DNA of 64,000 bases from a virus: IMG/VR virus record IMGVR_UViG_3300046781_000054, positions 28,059-92,058 of that record. One strand, 5' to 3'. The translations under genes and the position numbers were made by a program. The notes below the pieces were generated by a model. The model saw only the letters and a list, made by a program, of their open reading frames with translations, did no database searches and was not told the origin of the DNA. Below, in pieces: positions 1 to 8,939 of this stretch. Numbering within the stretch: the stretch's first letter is position 1; each line of letters starts with the position of its first letter.

Positions 1-66
1 GGTTCGCTGCGGTGTGGCCGGGGTGGTTTTCTTGGCCGGGGTCTTTTTCGCGGTGCGTGTGCTCAC
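1..66 (-). CDS. 5' part of a hypothetical protein running off the window (MSTRTAKKTPAKKTTP...)
   Basis: GTG at 64-66 with GGAGC RBS upstream; Lys/Thr/Pro-rich N-terminus. Confidence 0.4.
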   Translation of the reverse strand, partial: MSTRTAKKTPAKKTTPATPQRT

Positions 67-167
67 GGTCGAGCTCCGATCGAGGGTGTGGCGGGGTGGT
101 GCTCCGTCGGTTGTGGGGGTGGGTGATGAGGAGTGCTGTGGTGATGCCGAGGGCGAGGGCGATGCCG

Positions 168-620
168 TCAGGCCACGTCACTGGCTCGGCCGAGGGCGTC
201 GTCCAGGTCCCACAGGTCGATGCTGTGGTTGCCGTGGTCACGGGCGCGGTCGGCGAGGTCCCGCGCGGCGCTCAGGCGGCTCTCGGCGGCGTCGCGTTCG
301 GCGCGGACCGCAGCCAACTCGGCGAGGAGAGTGGGCACGTCGGTGCGGGCGTGGGCGGTGAACTCGGCGTCGGCCTTGACCTGCTCCCAGTCCTCCTCGG
401 CGGTCCACTCCGTGTGGGTGGGGTCGTTGTCGAGGGGCTCCTCGTCGAAACGGGCGATGCCTCGGCGGGCCTGGTAGCCGTGACCCGTGTCTTTGAGGTC
501 GGCGGCGATCTCGAGGAGGCCTCCCCCGCCGAACTCGTACGTGCCCCACGGGCCCGGCGTTGCTGCGTCGACGCGGGTGGTGATCGCGGTTTCGTGCTGC
601 GGTGAAAGGCGCTCGGTCAT
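168..620 (-). CDS. Phage hypothetical protein (ATPGPW...DAEF-AHAR, ead/Ea22-like family)
   Basis: Typical ATPGPW and DAEFxAHART motifs; ATGA overlap with upstream gene. Confidence 0.75.
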   Translation of the reverse strand: MTERLSPQHETAITTRVDAATPGPWGTYEFGGGGLLEIAADLKDTGHGYQARRGIARFDEEPLDNDPTHTEWTAEEDWEQVKADAEFTAHARTDVPTLLAELAAVRAERDAAESRLSAARDLADRARDHGNHSIDLWDLDDALGRASDVA

Positions 621-856
621 CGCTGGGTCTCCTGCTTCTCGCGGAGGGCGGCGGTGACGCCGATCTGGTGGAGGTAGCCGTCGGCGTAGCCCTGGGCGTA
701 GAGCGGGTCGTGGTCGTCGGCCATGGCGGCGCGGGCCATGGCGCGGCGGGCGGGCAGCTTCTCCAGGGCGGCGTACTCGCCGTCGGTGTAGCCGGTGTTG
801 TACGAGTTGTCGCCGGGCTCGTCGGTCGGGACGGGGGCGATGGTCTGGATGGTCAT
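617..856 (-). CDS. Hypothetical protein (YxxGYxDG repeats)
   Basis: GC3-biased codons, operon context. Confidence 0.75.
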   Translation of the reverse strand: MTIQTIAPVPTDEPGDNSYNTGYTDGEYAALEKLPARRAMARAAMADDHDPLYAQGYADGYLHQIGVTAALREKQETQR

Positions 857-877
857 GGCGTCGAGTTCCGTTCCGGG

Positions 878-1159
878 TCAGTGGGTGTGGATGGGGGCGC
901 CGTCGGATTCCAGGGCGAGGGCGTGGACGTGAATGGGGGTGCCGGTAATGAAGTCGGTGCTGGTGTGGAGGGTCCAGAGGCGGACACCGGGGCCTGCGTC
1001 CTGGCTGGTGGTGGTGCCGCCGAGTTCGGTCTGCCAGGCGGTGAGTTCATCGAAGCTGGCGGTGAAGACGTGTACGGCGTCGTCTTGGGCGGTGATGCGG
1101 GCGTGGGGCAGGTTGTGGTGATCGGCGGCGACTTCGACCCTGTCGGCGGTGGTGAGCAT
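878..1159 (-). CDS. Hypothetical protein
   Basis: ATG 1159 after GGGGAG RBS; codon bias. Confidence 0.65.
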   Translation of the reverse strand: MLTTADRVEVAADHHNLPHARITAQDDAVHVFTASFDELTAWQTELGGTTTSQDAGPGVRLWTLHTSTDFITGTPIHVHALALESDGAPIHTH

Positions 1160-1234
1160 GTGGGTCTCCCCCGGGGTGGGCACCCGGGAGCGGCGGCGTC
1201 GTGGTCCGGCCGCTCCCGGGGAGCTGGTGGTGGG

Positions 1235-1708
1235 TCAGGCGGTCTTGGTCATCGGTCCGAAGTCACGGACGATGAGCGGAGCCGACTCGCAGTGGCGGAC
1301 GATGCTCGACCCGGCCGCCGGGGTGTCCTCGTCGGCGCGCTTGATGTGCTGGAAATCCAAGATCCCGCCGAGGAACCTCCACGTGTCGCCGTACCGGTCC
1401 AGGTACTTGCCGTGGTCCGTGAACTCCTCGCCGTCGACATTCACGTAGACGTTCACCTCAGGCTCCGGCTCGTCGGTGATGTCGGTCCAAGTCCCGCCGC
1501 TGTTCCAGTCGTCGAAGGTGCGCGGGTTCGGCGTCCAGATCCACGCGTCGTCGGCGGTCCGGAGCCTGCCGTGCCAGCCGTAGGCGCGGGGCTCACCGGT
1601 TCGCGGGTCGGTAGTGACCTCGGTGCAGTAGAAGCGGAACCGCTCGTAGCCACCGGGCCAGCCAGCGCGTGCGGCATAGATGCGGCCGGTTTCGAAGAAG
1701 GAAGTCAT
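1235..1708 (-). CDS. Hypothetical phage protein
   Basis: GAGG RBS, codon bias, operon context. Confidence 0.75.
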   Translation of the reverse strand: MTSFFETGRIYAARAGWPGGYERFRFYCTEVTTDPRTGEPRAYGWHGRLRTADDAWIWTPNPRTFDDWNSGGTWTDITDEPEPEVNVYVNVDGEEFTDHGKYLDRYGDTWRFLGGILDFQHIKRADEDTPAAGSSIVRHCESAPLIVRDFGPMTKTA

Positions 1709-1724
1709 CAGGTGGTCCTCTGCC

Positions 1725-2087
1725 TCAGGTGATGGGGCGGGGGTGGTCGTGGCCGCAGGGCGGGCACTGGAGGGCGCTCAGGTTGCAGTCGGGGGCGTTG
1801 GGGGCGGTGACGACGACGCCAGGCTCGTGGGCGTCGAAGATGGCGCCGCAGCCGCAGCCCTCGGTGAGGCAGTCGCAGACGGCGATGTCGTGGGAGTCGG
1901 GGGCGGCCATGCCCGCGGTGTGGGCGGCTTCGTCCATGGCCTCGCGGTACGCCTGGCCGGTGCCGGCGTGGTCGGCGCGGTTCATCCAGTGGTCGAAGGC
2001 GTCGCGCTGGGCCTGCGTCAGCGACGTGTAGTCGGCGGCGATGGGGAGGGTGACGGTCTGGATCGGGGCGTGCGTCATCACGGCCAC
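1725..2087 (-). CDS. Hypothetical Cys-rich (zinc-binding) protein
   Basis: CDCxxxxCGC and CPPC motifs; first gene after promoter 2155-2183; start could be 2078. Confidence 0.7.
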   Translation of the reverse strand: MAVMTHAPIQTVTLPIAADYTSLTQAQRDAFDHWMNRADHAGTGQAYREAMDEAAHTAGMAAPDSHDIAVCDCLTEGCGCGAIFDAHEPGVVVTAPNAPDCNLSALQCPPCGHDHPRPIT

Positions 2088-2154
2088 GGCGGGCTCCGTT
2101 CAGCGCGAACTGGGGGTTGCCGCAGGTCAGTTGTGGTGCGGCGACGATGGAACT

Positions 2155-2183
2155 ACCGTAACCCATAACGCATTGCATAGCAA
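2155..2183 (-). promoter_or_regulatory. Sigma70-type promoter TTGCTA-N17-TACGGT with operator CCATAACGCAT in the spacer
   Basis: Near-identical to the promoter-operator at 15566-15594. Confidence 0.7.
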
Positions 2184-2208
2184 TGGGTGCGCATGATGCG
2201 GGCATGAG

Positions 2209-2243
2209 AAAACCCCTCACCCGGGGTCCGGGGGTGAAGGGTC
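2209..2243 (-). terminator. Intrinsic terminator-like hairpin
   Basis: Imperfect stem followed by a U-tract on the minus strand, downstream of 2270-2488. Confidence 0.5.
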
Positions 2244-2269
2244 ACAGGTGATGCGGTCGAGCCGGCCGG

Positions 2270-2488
2270 TCAGTCTCCGAGCATGTGGCGGGCATGCAGC
2301 TCAAGCAGCTCGCTGTCGGAATACCAGCCCTTCACGGACGTCAGCCCTGCCTGCTTCGCCCACCGTCTCATGGTGGACTCCGGCACGTGGTACCCCGTGG
2401 GGACCAGCAGGGCGCAGAACTCCCCGATGGTGACGGAGTCCTGGCGCCCGTCGGGGGTGGCGGTCGGACTGAGTGCGGCTGTGGCCAT
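2270..2488 (-). CDS. Small MerR/Xis-like HTH DNA-binding protein
   Basis: VTIGE...ESTMRRWAKQAGL...WYSDSELL pattern; GGAGG RBS. Confidence 0.65.
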   Translation of the reverse strand: MATAALSPTATPDGRQDSVTIGEFCALLVPTGYHVPESTMRRWAKQAGLTSVKGWYSDSELLELHARHMLGD

Positions 2489-2614
2489 GGTGCGGCCTCC
2501 CAGATCGACGGCGTGCAGGTTCGCAGCTGACCGACGCCGATACGGGACCGGACCTGGCTGGCCCGGTGGTGGATTCAGTTGTGGACTTGCTACCTACGAC
2601 TCGTCACACGGGCA

Positions 2615-3166
2615 TCAGGTTGCACGTGCGGCGAGTCTTTCCTGGCGCTCGATGTGCTCGTGGGCCAGGTGTGCGAGCGTCCAGGTGGATGCCCGCCCGT
2701 CGGGGGTGCGGCAGTTGTGGTTGCGGCACACCGCGCGCTGGACGGCGTCGCGCCAGTGGAGGCCGACGGTGCCGCAGCCGGGGCAGCGGTGCCGGCGGAC
2801 GACTTGGGCGTCGCCCGTCATCGTCGCGTGCTCCAGGTACTGCCGGTAGATGATCGTGTCGCGGCGCCGCTTGGCCGTGTCGTCGTCCGTGGCGGTGTTG
2901 CGGACGCACCAGTCGTAGACCGCGGCCGCGGTGTGGGGCAGCGGTTCGAGGGTGCCGGGCGATTCGGCGTGCATGTAGTCGCGGATCTCGCGGACGGACG
3001 CGTCGATGTGGGAGACCGTGTCGATGTTGAGGGGTGCGGTGTTCTCGATGCTGCGGACGGGGGCGGTGCGGCCGGTGCGGCGGCCGGCGGGGAGTTCCAC
3101 GAAGTGCTGGACGAGCTTGGTGAGTTGCGAGGCTGCTTGTGCTGCTGCGCTGTCCGTGTTCTCCAT
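2615..3166 (-). CDS. Hypothetical zinc-finger protein (CPGC...CxxxxC)
   Basis: ATG 3166 after GGGGA RBS; C-terminal Cys pairs. Confidence 0.7.
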   Translation of the reverse strand: MENTDSAAAQAASQLTKLVQHFVELPAGRRTGRTAPVRSIENTAPLNIDTVSHIDASVREIRDYMHAESPGTLEPLPHTAAAVYDWCVRNTATDDDTAKRRRDTIIYRQYLEHATMTGDAQVVRRHRCPGCGTVGLHWRDAVQRAVCRNHNCRTPDGRASTWTLAHLAHEHIERQERLAARAT

Positions 3167-3403
3167 GGGCTTGTCCCCGTCCCCTGGCGGCCGCCCCCGG
3201 GTGCGCGGGGCGTCCGTACTGGGTGCGGGGCGCGCGCCGGGTGGGCCGGATTCTGTTACTCCCGGTGATTCCGGACGCCCCACTATGGCACTTGTGGGGC
3301 GGAAGTTGAACAGAATGTGGTAGATGATCAGCTCTGGGTGGCTGGTCTTCACATCTGACGTCCGGTCAAACGGTAAGAACCCCCGGCATATGCCGGGCGA
3401 TCT

Positions 3404-3817
3404 TCACTGGTCGGTCACCAATCCTGCCGCGCGCCGCGCCCCCTCCAGCAGTCCTGCCAGCTGTGTCTGCTGCGCCTCGTCGACGATGCCCTGCGCGCCC
3501 GCGCCGGCCGTGACCTTCGCGGCGATCCCCATGGCGACGTCGAACGCGGCCCGCGTCCGCGGGTCGGTCAGGCTCATGTGCTCCGCGTTGTAGGTGAGTT
3601 CGATCATCTCGGCGAGCGGCCGCAGGATCGCTTCGTCACCGCGGCCGGGGTCCGGGCCGGAGTCTGGGTGGTGGGGTTGTGCTGGGCTGGTCATGTCGTG
3701 TCCCCCGCTGCGAAAGGGCCGGCTGACGCGTGGTGTGAGTGGGATGATCCGGGCGCTGGTCGGGGCGCCGGAGTCGTTCCTTCCGTCCATCGGTGGGACG
3801 GGTTCGGCTGAGGGCAT
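3404..3817 (-). CDS. Hypothetical protein (start may be 3694)
   Basis: C-terminal helical part has coding-type codon bias; hairpin 3375-3404 follows. Confidence 0.55.
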   Translation of the reverse strand: MPSAEPVPPMDGRNDSGAPTSARIIPLTPRVSRPFRSGGHDMTSPAQPHHPDSGPDPGRGDEAILRPLAEMIELTYNAEHMSLTDPRTRAAFDVAMGIAAKVTAGAGAQGIVDEAQQTQLAGLLEGARRAAGLVTDQ

Positions 3818-4378
3818 GGGGCGTCTCCGCTCCTCTGGCAGGGAGTGGGAAGGGTCCTCGTCACGCCGGTGTCGCAGGTCACCGGCCCCTTTCTCGCGGG
3901 CGCGGCTGCCAGTCCACACGCGCGAGGCTGCCACTGTGGCAGGAGAGGGGCCTGGCTCGGTAGACGCATCGGCGTTTTCACACCGAATCGTTGGCCAAAG
4001 GTGGCGGCTTTCGGCCTTGGCTGCTATCAGCCGGGGTGGTGACGGTGTGTCACACGCGGAAGGGTGCGGCCCGGGTGCGGGCGGCGGGGGCGGGCATGCC
4101 CGTCCGATGACGGGGATTGTAGGCCGGGACGCCGCCACGGGGGAAGGGGTGTGCCGTGGTGCACCAGCCCGGGGTCCGGGGGCTGGTGGGGCGCCGGGCT
4201 GCGAGGCCCGTGGGGGTCCCGGCGCCCCGCACCGCGGGGCCCGCGCGGCCACCCGCACGGCCCGTCTAGGGCATCGTAGATATATGCATGTTGGAAGCCT
4301 TGGGCAACGGATTCACTCCTCTGGGTGACTCATAAACCCTGTCAATAAGCGGGTTTTCGACTGGAGTTGACCGGAAAC

Positions 4379-4429
4379 GAAAAGAGGGCCCCGCTCCCCC
4401 ACCGGCTGGTGGTTCAGAGCGGGGCCCTC
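4379..4429 (-). terminator. Intrinsic terminator of parAB
   Basis: 13-bp stem GAGGGCCCCGCTC/GAGCGGGGCCCTC followed by a U-tract. Confidence 0.8.
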
Positions 4430-4445
4430 GCGTCGGTCAGACGGC

Positions 4446-5546
4446 CTAGGAGACCGTGGTGAGGAGTTCCTTGAGTTGTTCGTCGTTGCGCTCCGCGGCC
4501 TGCTTGAACAGGTAGGAGAGCAGCGTGAAGAACTCCGGGTCGGCAACACGTTCCCGAATCAGCCGTGCCACATACCCGGGCTGATCCCATGGGACGGGCC
4601 GAGCGTTCTGCTCCGCGGTCGTCTGCTCCTCAATCTCTGGAGCAGACGACAGCTCTTGCCCCTCCGCGTCCGGGGCAGGATGCTCGGTCCGCTGCTCGGG
4701 AAGCCCCTCCCCTGCTCCGCCAGCCGCTGCGGCGCCCGCGTTCAAAACGGCGTTTTGAACAGCACCGGCCCCCGCGTCGGGTTCCGACGCAGGCGCGGGG
4801 GACTCGGTCTTCAAAACGGCGTTTTGAGAAGCTGCCTTCTTACGAGGCTTCGGCGTCTTCGCCGCCGCCTTGATCGCCTCAACCTGGGCGCGCTGCTCCT
4901 CAGGCTTCTTGGATGCCAGACCGCGGACCTGACTCGGCTTGACCGCGCCGGCCTCCAGCTCGGCCCTCACCTCGTCGTCGAGCTTGAGGAGAGCGAGCCG
5001 GTGCGAGACGTACATCTGCGTCTTGCCGATGCGTCGTCCGACCTCTTCCTGGCTGCCGTGCTTCTCCACCATCCGCTTCAGGAACTCGGCCTCCTTGATG
5101 GGGTCGATCTGCTTGCGGTGGATGTTCTCGATGATGACGGCGTCGTCGAGCTGGTCGTCTTCGCCGAGCCGGTCCTGGACGCGGATGTCGATGCGGGTCC
5201 AGCCGAGCTGGCGGGCGGCTGCCAGGCGGCGGTTGCCGGTAACGACGATCCAGTCGGCGCCCTCAACAGCCTTGGCGAGCTCGGGCTTGGACATCACGTA
5301 GCGGGCGTGGGAGACGACCGCGAGCGGTTGCAGCTGTCCGACCTCGCGCATGGTGTCCATGAGTTCGGCGAACTCAGGGTCCGCGTCGGTGTAGTCGTCG
5401 GCCAGACGGGGGTTCTCCGGGTTGCCGGTGATGGTGTGCATGAGCACGGTGGTCGGCGGTGCGACCGGCTTGTCGTCCGGTGTAGCGGTGGTTGCCTTGT
5501 CGTCCTTGCCGAGCAGGCTTGTGAAGCTCTTTTGCCTGTTGGACAT
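4446..5546 (-). CDS. parB: ParB/Spo0J partition protein
   Basis: NPENPR, GQLQPL, GNRRLAAA, IENIHR motifs and HTH (SQEEVGRRIGKTQMYVSHRL); coupled to parA. Confidence 0.93.
   Translation of the reverse strand: MSNRQKSFTSLLGKDDKATTATPDDKPVAPPTTVLMHTITGNPENPRLADDYTDADPEFAELMDTMREVGQLQPLAVVSHARYVMSKPELAKAVEGADWIVVTGNRRLAAARQLGWTRIDIRVQDRLGEDDQLDDAVIIENIHRKQIDPIKEAEFLKRMVEKHGSQEEVGRRIGKTQMYVSHRLALLKLDDEVRAELEAGAVKPSQVRGLASKKPEEQRAQVEAIKAAAKTPKPRKKAASQNAVLKTESPAPASEPDAGAGAVQNAVLNAGAAAAGGAGEGLPEQRTEHPAPDAEGQELSSAPEIEEQTTAEQNARPVPWDQPGYVARLIRERVADPEFFTLLSYLFKQAAERNDEQLKELLTTVS
4740..4760. promoter_or_regulatory. Palindrome TTCAAAACG-G-CGTTTTGAA, parS candidate 1 (inside parB)
   Basis: Perfect inverted repeat; three copies at the par locus. 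Confidence 0.7.
4810..4828. promoter_or_regulatory. parS candidate 2 (inside parB)
   Basis: TTCAAAACGGCGTTTTGAG. Confidence 0.7.
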
Positions 5547-6277
5547 CAGCGGCCCTTCCTTCCGGCGCCGATCTCCAGGGCGAGCTTGTAGAAGTCCTCG
5601 CGGGCTTCCATCGCTACTCGGTTCTTCTTGTAGCGGGTGACGACGAGACCTTCGACCGCCGCCCTCGTGTGGATCTTGTAGTGTCGGATGACGGTCTTGG
5701 CGAGGTTCCAGCCGTTGCCGAGAACGTACGCTCTGGTGTCTTCAAGGTCTGCCGTGCCGTCGCGGGGGTCCCAGTTGTTGATGACGACCCAGTACTGCTT
5801 GCCGAGGGGGCGGACGACCTGCTCGATGGTGTCGCGGGTGGGGATGAAGCCGAGCGGCTCGGGTTCGATGGGGACGATGATGTCGTCGGCGACTGTGAGC
5901 ACGGCGCGCATGGCGTCGGCGGCGGCGCTCTTGCCGAACGGGTCGCCTGCTTGCTCTTGTTCGTCCTCGGGGAGGTCCATCCACCCGGGGGTGTCGATGA
6001 ACGCGTGCTTGATCTTCTTGGACTTCTTCAGCTCGGGGAAGAAGTCGAGGTCCTTGCGTGTCTTGGTCTGCACGAACGAGAACGGCAGGTCGTCGCCTAC
6101 CTGCTCGGACCACCACGTGGCCGACCCCTGCGGGTCGCTGGATACCGCGACGACGTAGTCGGGGTCGTCGGCGGGGGACTCGCCGAGCACTTCGGCGGTG
6201 GTGGCGGATGTGTTCACGGTGAGGGTCGACTTGCCGACCCCGCCCTTGCGGTTAACGACCGCAGTGATGCGTGCCAT
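5546..6277 (-). CDS. parA: ParA partition ATPase
   Basis: Deviant Walker A KGGVGKST, DPQGS, IDTPG; start at ATG 6277. Confidence 0.95.
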   Translation of the reverse strand: MARITAVVNRKGGVGKSTLTVNTSATTAEVLGESPADDPDYVVAVSSDPQGSATWWSEQVGDDLPFSFVQTKTRKDLDFFPELKKSKKIKHAFIDTPGWMDLPEDEQEQAGDPFGKSAAADAMRAVLTVADDIIVPIEPEPLGFIPTRDTIEQVVRPLGKQYWVVINNWDPRDGTADLEDTRAYVLGNGWNLAKTVIRHYKIHTRAAVEGLVVTRYKKNRVAMEAREDFYKLALEIGAGRKGR

Positions 6278-6403
6278 GGGTTGTTGCTCCGTAGGTTCCG
6301 TATGATTCCCGGCCCTTTGTGAGGCCGGTACTTCGGACCGGGACAGCATGGCACGGCAGGCAGGGGAGGGACTGGACGGGGCACGGTGCGTCGCTCATGC
6401 GGG

Positions 6404-6422
6404 TTCAAAACGCCGTTTTGAA
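6404..6422. promoter_or_regulatory. parS candidate 3 (upstream of parA)
   Basis: TTCAAAACGCCGTTTTGAA, reverse complement of copy 1. Confidence 0.7.
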
Positions 6423-6423
6423 G

Positions 6424-6597
6424 TCAGCCGTCGTCGTCTTCGCCCGCGGGGGCGAGCCGGTCCCACAGTTGCGTGAGCGTCAGGCCGCCCTCGTAGGCCG
6501 GTTCCTGGAACAGGCCCTGGTACGGGATGCGCGGCAGCTGCGGGCGCGGGCGGATGGTGGTGACGGGCCGGCGGGGTGGTGCAGCGGGTGTGGTCAT
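6424..6597 (-). CDS. Small hypothetical protein (57 aa)
   Basis: ATG 6597 after GGAG RBS; below the ORF-track length cutoff. Confidence 0.45.
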   Translation of the reverse strand: MTTPAAPPRRPVTTIRPRPQLPRIPYQGLFQEPAYEGGLTLTQLWDRLAPAGEDDDG

Positions 6598-6612
6598 CGT
6601 CGGCTCCAGGGA

Positions 6613-6798
6613 TCAGGCGGCGAACGTGTAGGCGGGGCGCAGGGCGCGGATGTGGGTGTCGAGCCAGGCCCGTTCGGATTCCTCCTGGGCACGGTGCCAG
6701 GCTTCGCGTTCCTCGTCGGTGAGGCTGCGCGGGTCGACGTCCAGGTCCTCAAGCACGGTGGTGGCTCCGTCCGGTTGGTGCAGTGGATCGGTGATCAC
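6613..6798 (-). CDS. Small hypothetical protein
   Basis: Codon bias; start uncertain. Confidence 0.5.
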   Translation of the reverse strand: MITDPLHQPDGATTVLEDLDVDPRSLTDEEREAWHRAQEESERAWLDTHIRALRPAYTFAA

Positions 6799-6836
6799 AG
6801 TGCCTGAGATTTAGGGAACTGTTCCCTCCGCTCCGC

Positions 6837-7619
6837 TCAGGCGACGTCGAAGGCGCGTCGTGCGGGAGCCGGCCCGTTCTTCTCCTCGCCGCGCTTGAAC
6901 GCGAGGGCGGCCTGGCGGGCGCGTTCGCTCTCCTTGTGGCGTTGGGCCGCCTCGTCGGGTGTCTCCAGCTGGCGGACGGTGGTGTCGCCGGGTAGACGGT
7001 GGGCGCGCAGGGCGGCGTCCTGGCGGGCGATCGCGGCGATGAGGTAGGGGTCGGTGGGTCCGTGTTCGGGCCGGTGGTCGAGGTGGGCCTGGAGGGCGTG
7101 CTGGTAGCCGGGTGAGGCGGTCGCGCGGGTCTTCGGTTCCGGCAGAACCGGTGCCGCTGCCGAGACGTCGGGCCGCTCGTCCGCTGCGGGCGTGGCGCCT
7201 GGCGGGAGGATCCGCAGAGCGCGGACCACGCTCTGCCCGGTCTTCTCCCAGATTCGGGCGAGGATCTGCCGCTGGAACATCCGTAGCTGTGTCGCGTACG
7301 CGGCGGAGAGGGGCTGCAGGTACAGGATGCCGGTGTCGTGGGTGAAGCGGGTCGCGTACACCTTGTCTGCAAGCTCGGGGGCGATCTGCGGCCACTGGTC
7401 GAGGATGCTGCCGCCTTCCTCGGGTGGTTCCCAGCCGCGTTCGTCCATCATCTGTCCGATGACTGCGGACAGGCCTTGCGGGTCGCGGCGGCCGGTGCGC
7501 TGCACGGTCTTCCGGGTGGGCTTCTTCGCCTTGGTGGTCGGCTGGGTTTTTGCGTGGGCGCGGGCGGCGGCGAGTGCGGCGCGGGCCAGGTCGGCGCCGG
7601 AGGGTGTGGGTTCGCTCAT
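6837..7619 (-). CDS. dciA: DciA (DUF721)-family helicase-loader-like protein with C-terminal extension
   Basis: DLARAALAAAR...RDPQGL...RGW...W-PQIA...SAAYATQLR...ILARI pattern of actinobacterial DciA; ATGA overlap with rep stop. Confidence 0.8.
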   Translation of the reverse strand: MSEPTPSGADLARAALAAARAHAKTQPTTKAKKPTRKTVQRTGRRDPQGLSAVIGQMMDERGWEPPEEGGSILDQWPQIAPELADKVYATRFTHDTGILYLQPLSAAYATQLRMFQRQILARIWEKTGQSVVRALRILPPGATPAADERPDVSAAAPVLPEPKTRATASPGYQHALQAHLDHRPEHGPTDPYLIAAIARQDAALRAHRLPGDTTVRQLETPDEAAQRHKESERARQAALAFKRGEEKNGPAPARRAFDVA

Positions 7620-8908
7620 GCAGGGCTCCCGTTGAGGAAGGCGAGGATGTCGGCCTCGGCGCCCGACTCGCTGCTGGCGGCGTCGGGGGTGTGGTTGAGG
7701 TTGTCCCAGCCTCGCGCCCGGCACGTGGCCTCGTAGGCGGCCTCTCCCTGCCGCAGCGCGGCCATGAGGTCGAGTCGGACACCGACGGGGGCAGTGAACG
7801 CGCCGGCGGCCGGGTTCTCCAGCTCAAACCGTTCGGCAGCAGCGGCCTGCAGGTCGGCGTGCTTCTGCTGGGCCTCGAGGGCGGTGGAGATGTAGGCGGC
7901 AGGGTTGCGGGGCCGCCAGTTGCCGCCGGGGTGCATTCCGTGGAGGTATTCGGCGATGCCGTACGCGTCGAGGCCGCGGTCGATGAGCGGCCGCAGCGCG
8001 AAGGCGAGTCGGCGCAGGCCCTCCGTCTGGGTCCAGTTCACCAGGGGCCTCACCTGCCGGGCGACCGTCACGTCCTTGGCGACCTGGAGGGGGCTGCGCC
8101 TCCCGCTGCTGCGGTTCTTCTTCGACGACTGGGTGGGGGACTGGCTGCTGCGCGCCGCCTGCGGGGTGTAGTTGCTCTTTTCCCCACCCTCTACCTTCAG
8201 CTTTCCCTCTTCTCTAACCAGGGTGAGGGAAGGGGTGACACGGCCCCCATCGGCACCCGAGTTATCCACAGGGGTCGTTTGGGCCGGGATCCGGGGTCGC
8301 TGGTCGACGATGATGCGGGCCTCGTAGCCCTCACCGACGACCTGGTGCCCCATCGCGTGGTCGTACACGGGCGGGGTGACCGCCCCGTACACGGTGGCGG
8401 TGCCTGCGTAGCCGCCCAGGCCGAGCGTGCGGCGGATGTTGGCGCGGGTGCCGTGCTCGACCCACACGAGGGCCCCGAGCTCGCGGAGGTAGGCGATGTG
8501 GCGCTGCAACTGGCGCAGGGACAGGCCGAGTCGGGCGGCGGTGTCGTGCTGGGCGTAGCGGACATGCCCGGTGTCGTAGTCCATGCGGTCGGCGAGGTCG
8601 TGGGCGACGCGTTGCGTGGTGGCGTTCGCGCGGGGGTGCAGGCCGGCTGCGATCAGCCATTCCACCGCGCGACGCCACCGCCGCGGGCCGCTGCGGCGCG
8701 ACTTGGTGGCGTGCACCTCCTGGCAGGCGCCGCGCACGAGAGCGACCTGACCTGCACTGTAATAGATCTTCTGTTCGAATTCGATGTTGGGGGCGTGTGT
8801 GTCGTAAGGGGGTTTGGTGCACTGGGTGTCACCCGGGCGCGGGAACATTCGTGAGGAATGGGGCGTGACGGGGCGCTCAAGCTGACAACTGGGGTGCGCG
8901 TACTGCAC
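7616..8908 (-). CDS. rep: Replication initiator protein (N-terminal winged HTH)
   Basis: HTH (TAARLGLSLRQLQRHIAYLRELGAL), internal DnaA box, position beside dciA/parAB; start GTG 8908 or ATG 8848. Confidence 0.7.
   Translation of the reverse strand: MQYAHPSCQLERPVTPHSSRMFPRPGDTQCTKPPYDTHAPNIEFEQKIYYSAGQVALVRGACQEVHATKSRRSGPRRWRRAVEWLIAAGLHPRANATTQRVAHDLADRMDYDTGHVRYAQHDTAARLGLSLRQLQRHIAYLRELGALVWVEHGTRANIRRTLGLGGYAGTATVYGAVTPPVYDHAMGHQVVGEGYEARIIVDQRPRIPAQTTPVDNSGADGGRVTPSLTLVREEGKLKVEGGEKSNYTPQAARSSQSPTQSSKKNRSSGRRSPLQVAKDVTVARQVRPLVNWTQTEGLRRLAFALRPLIDRGLDAYGIAEYLHGMHPGGNWRPRNPAAYISTALEAQQKHADLQAAAAERFELENPAAGAFTAPVGVRLDLMAALRQGEAAYEATCRARGWDNLNHTPDAASSESGAEADILAFLNGSPA
8165..8275. other. 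Candidate replication origin inside rep
   Basis: Perfect DnaA box TTATCCACA at 8262-8270 next to a pyrimidine-rich, lower-GC tract at 8171-8220. Confidence 0.55.
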
Positions 8909-8939
8909 TATGTACCTGCCTGGTTCCGATGGATCAGGG

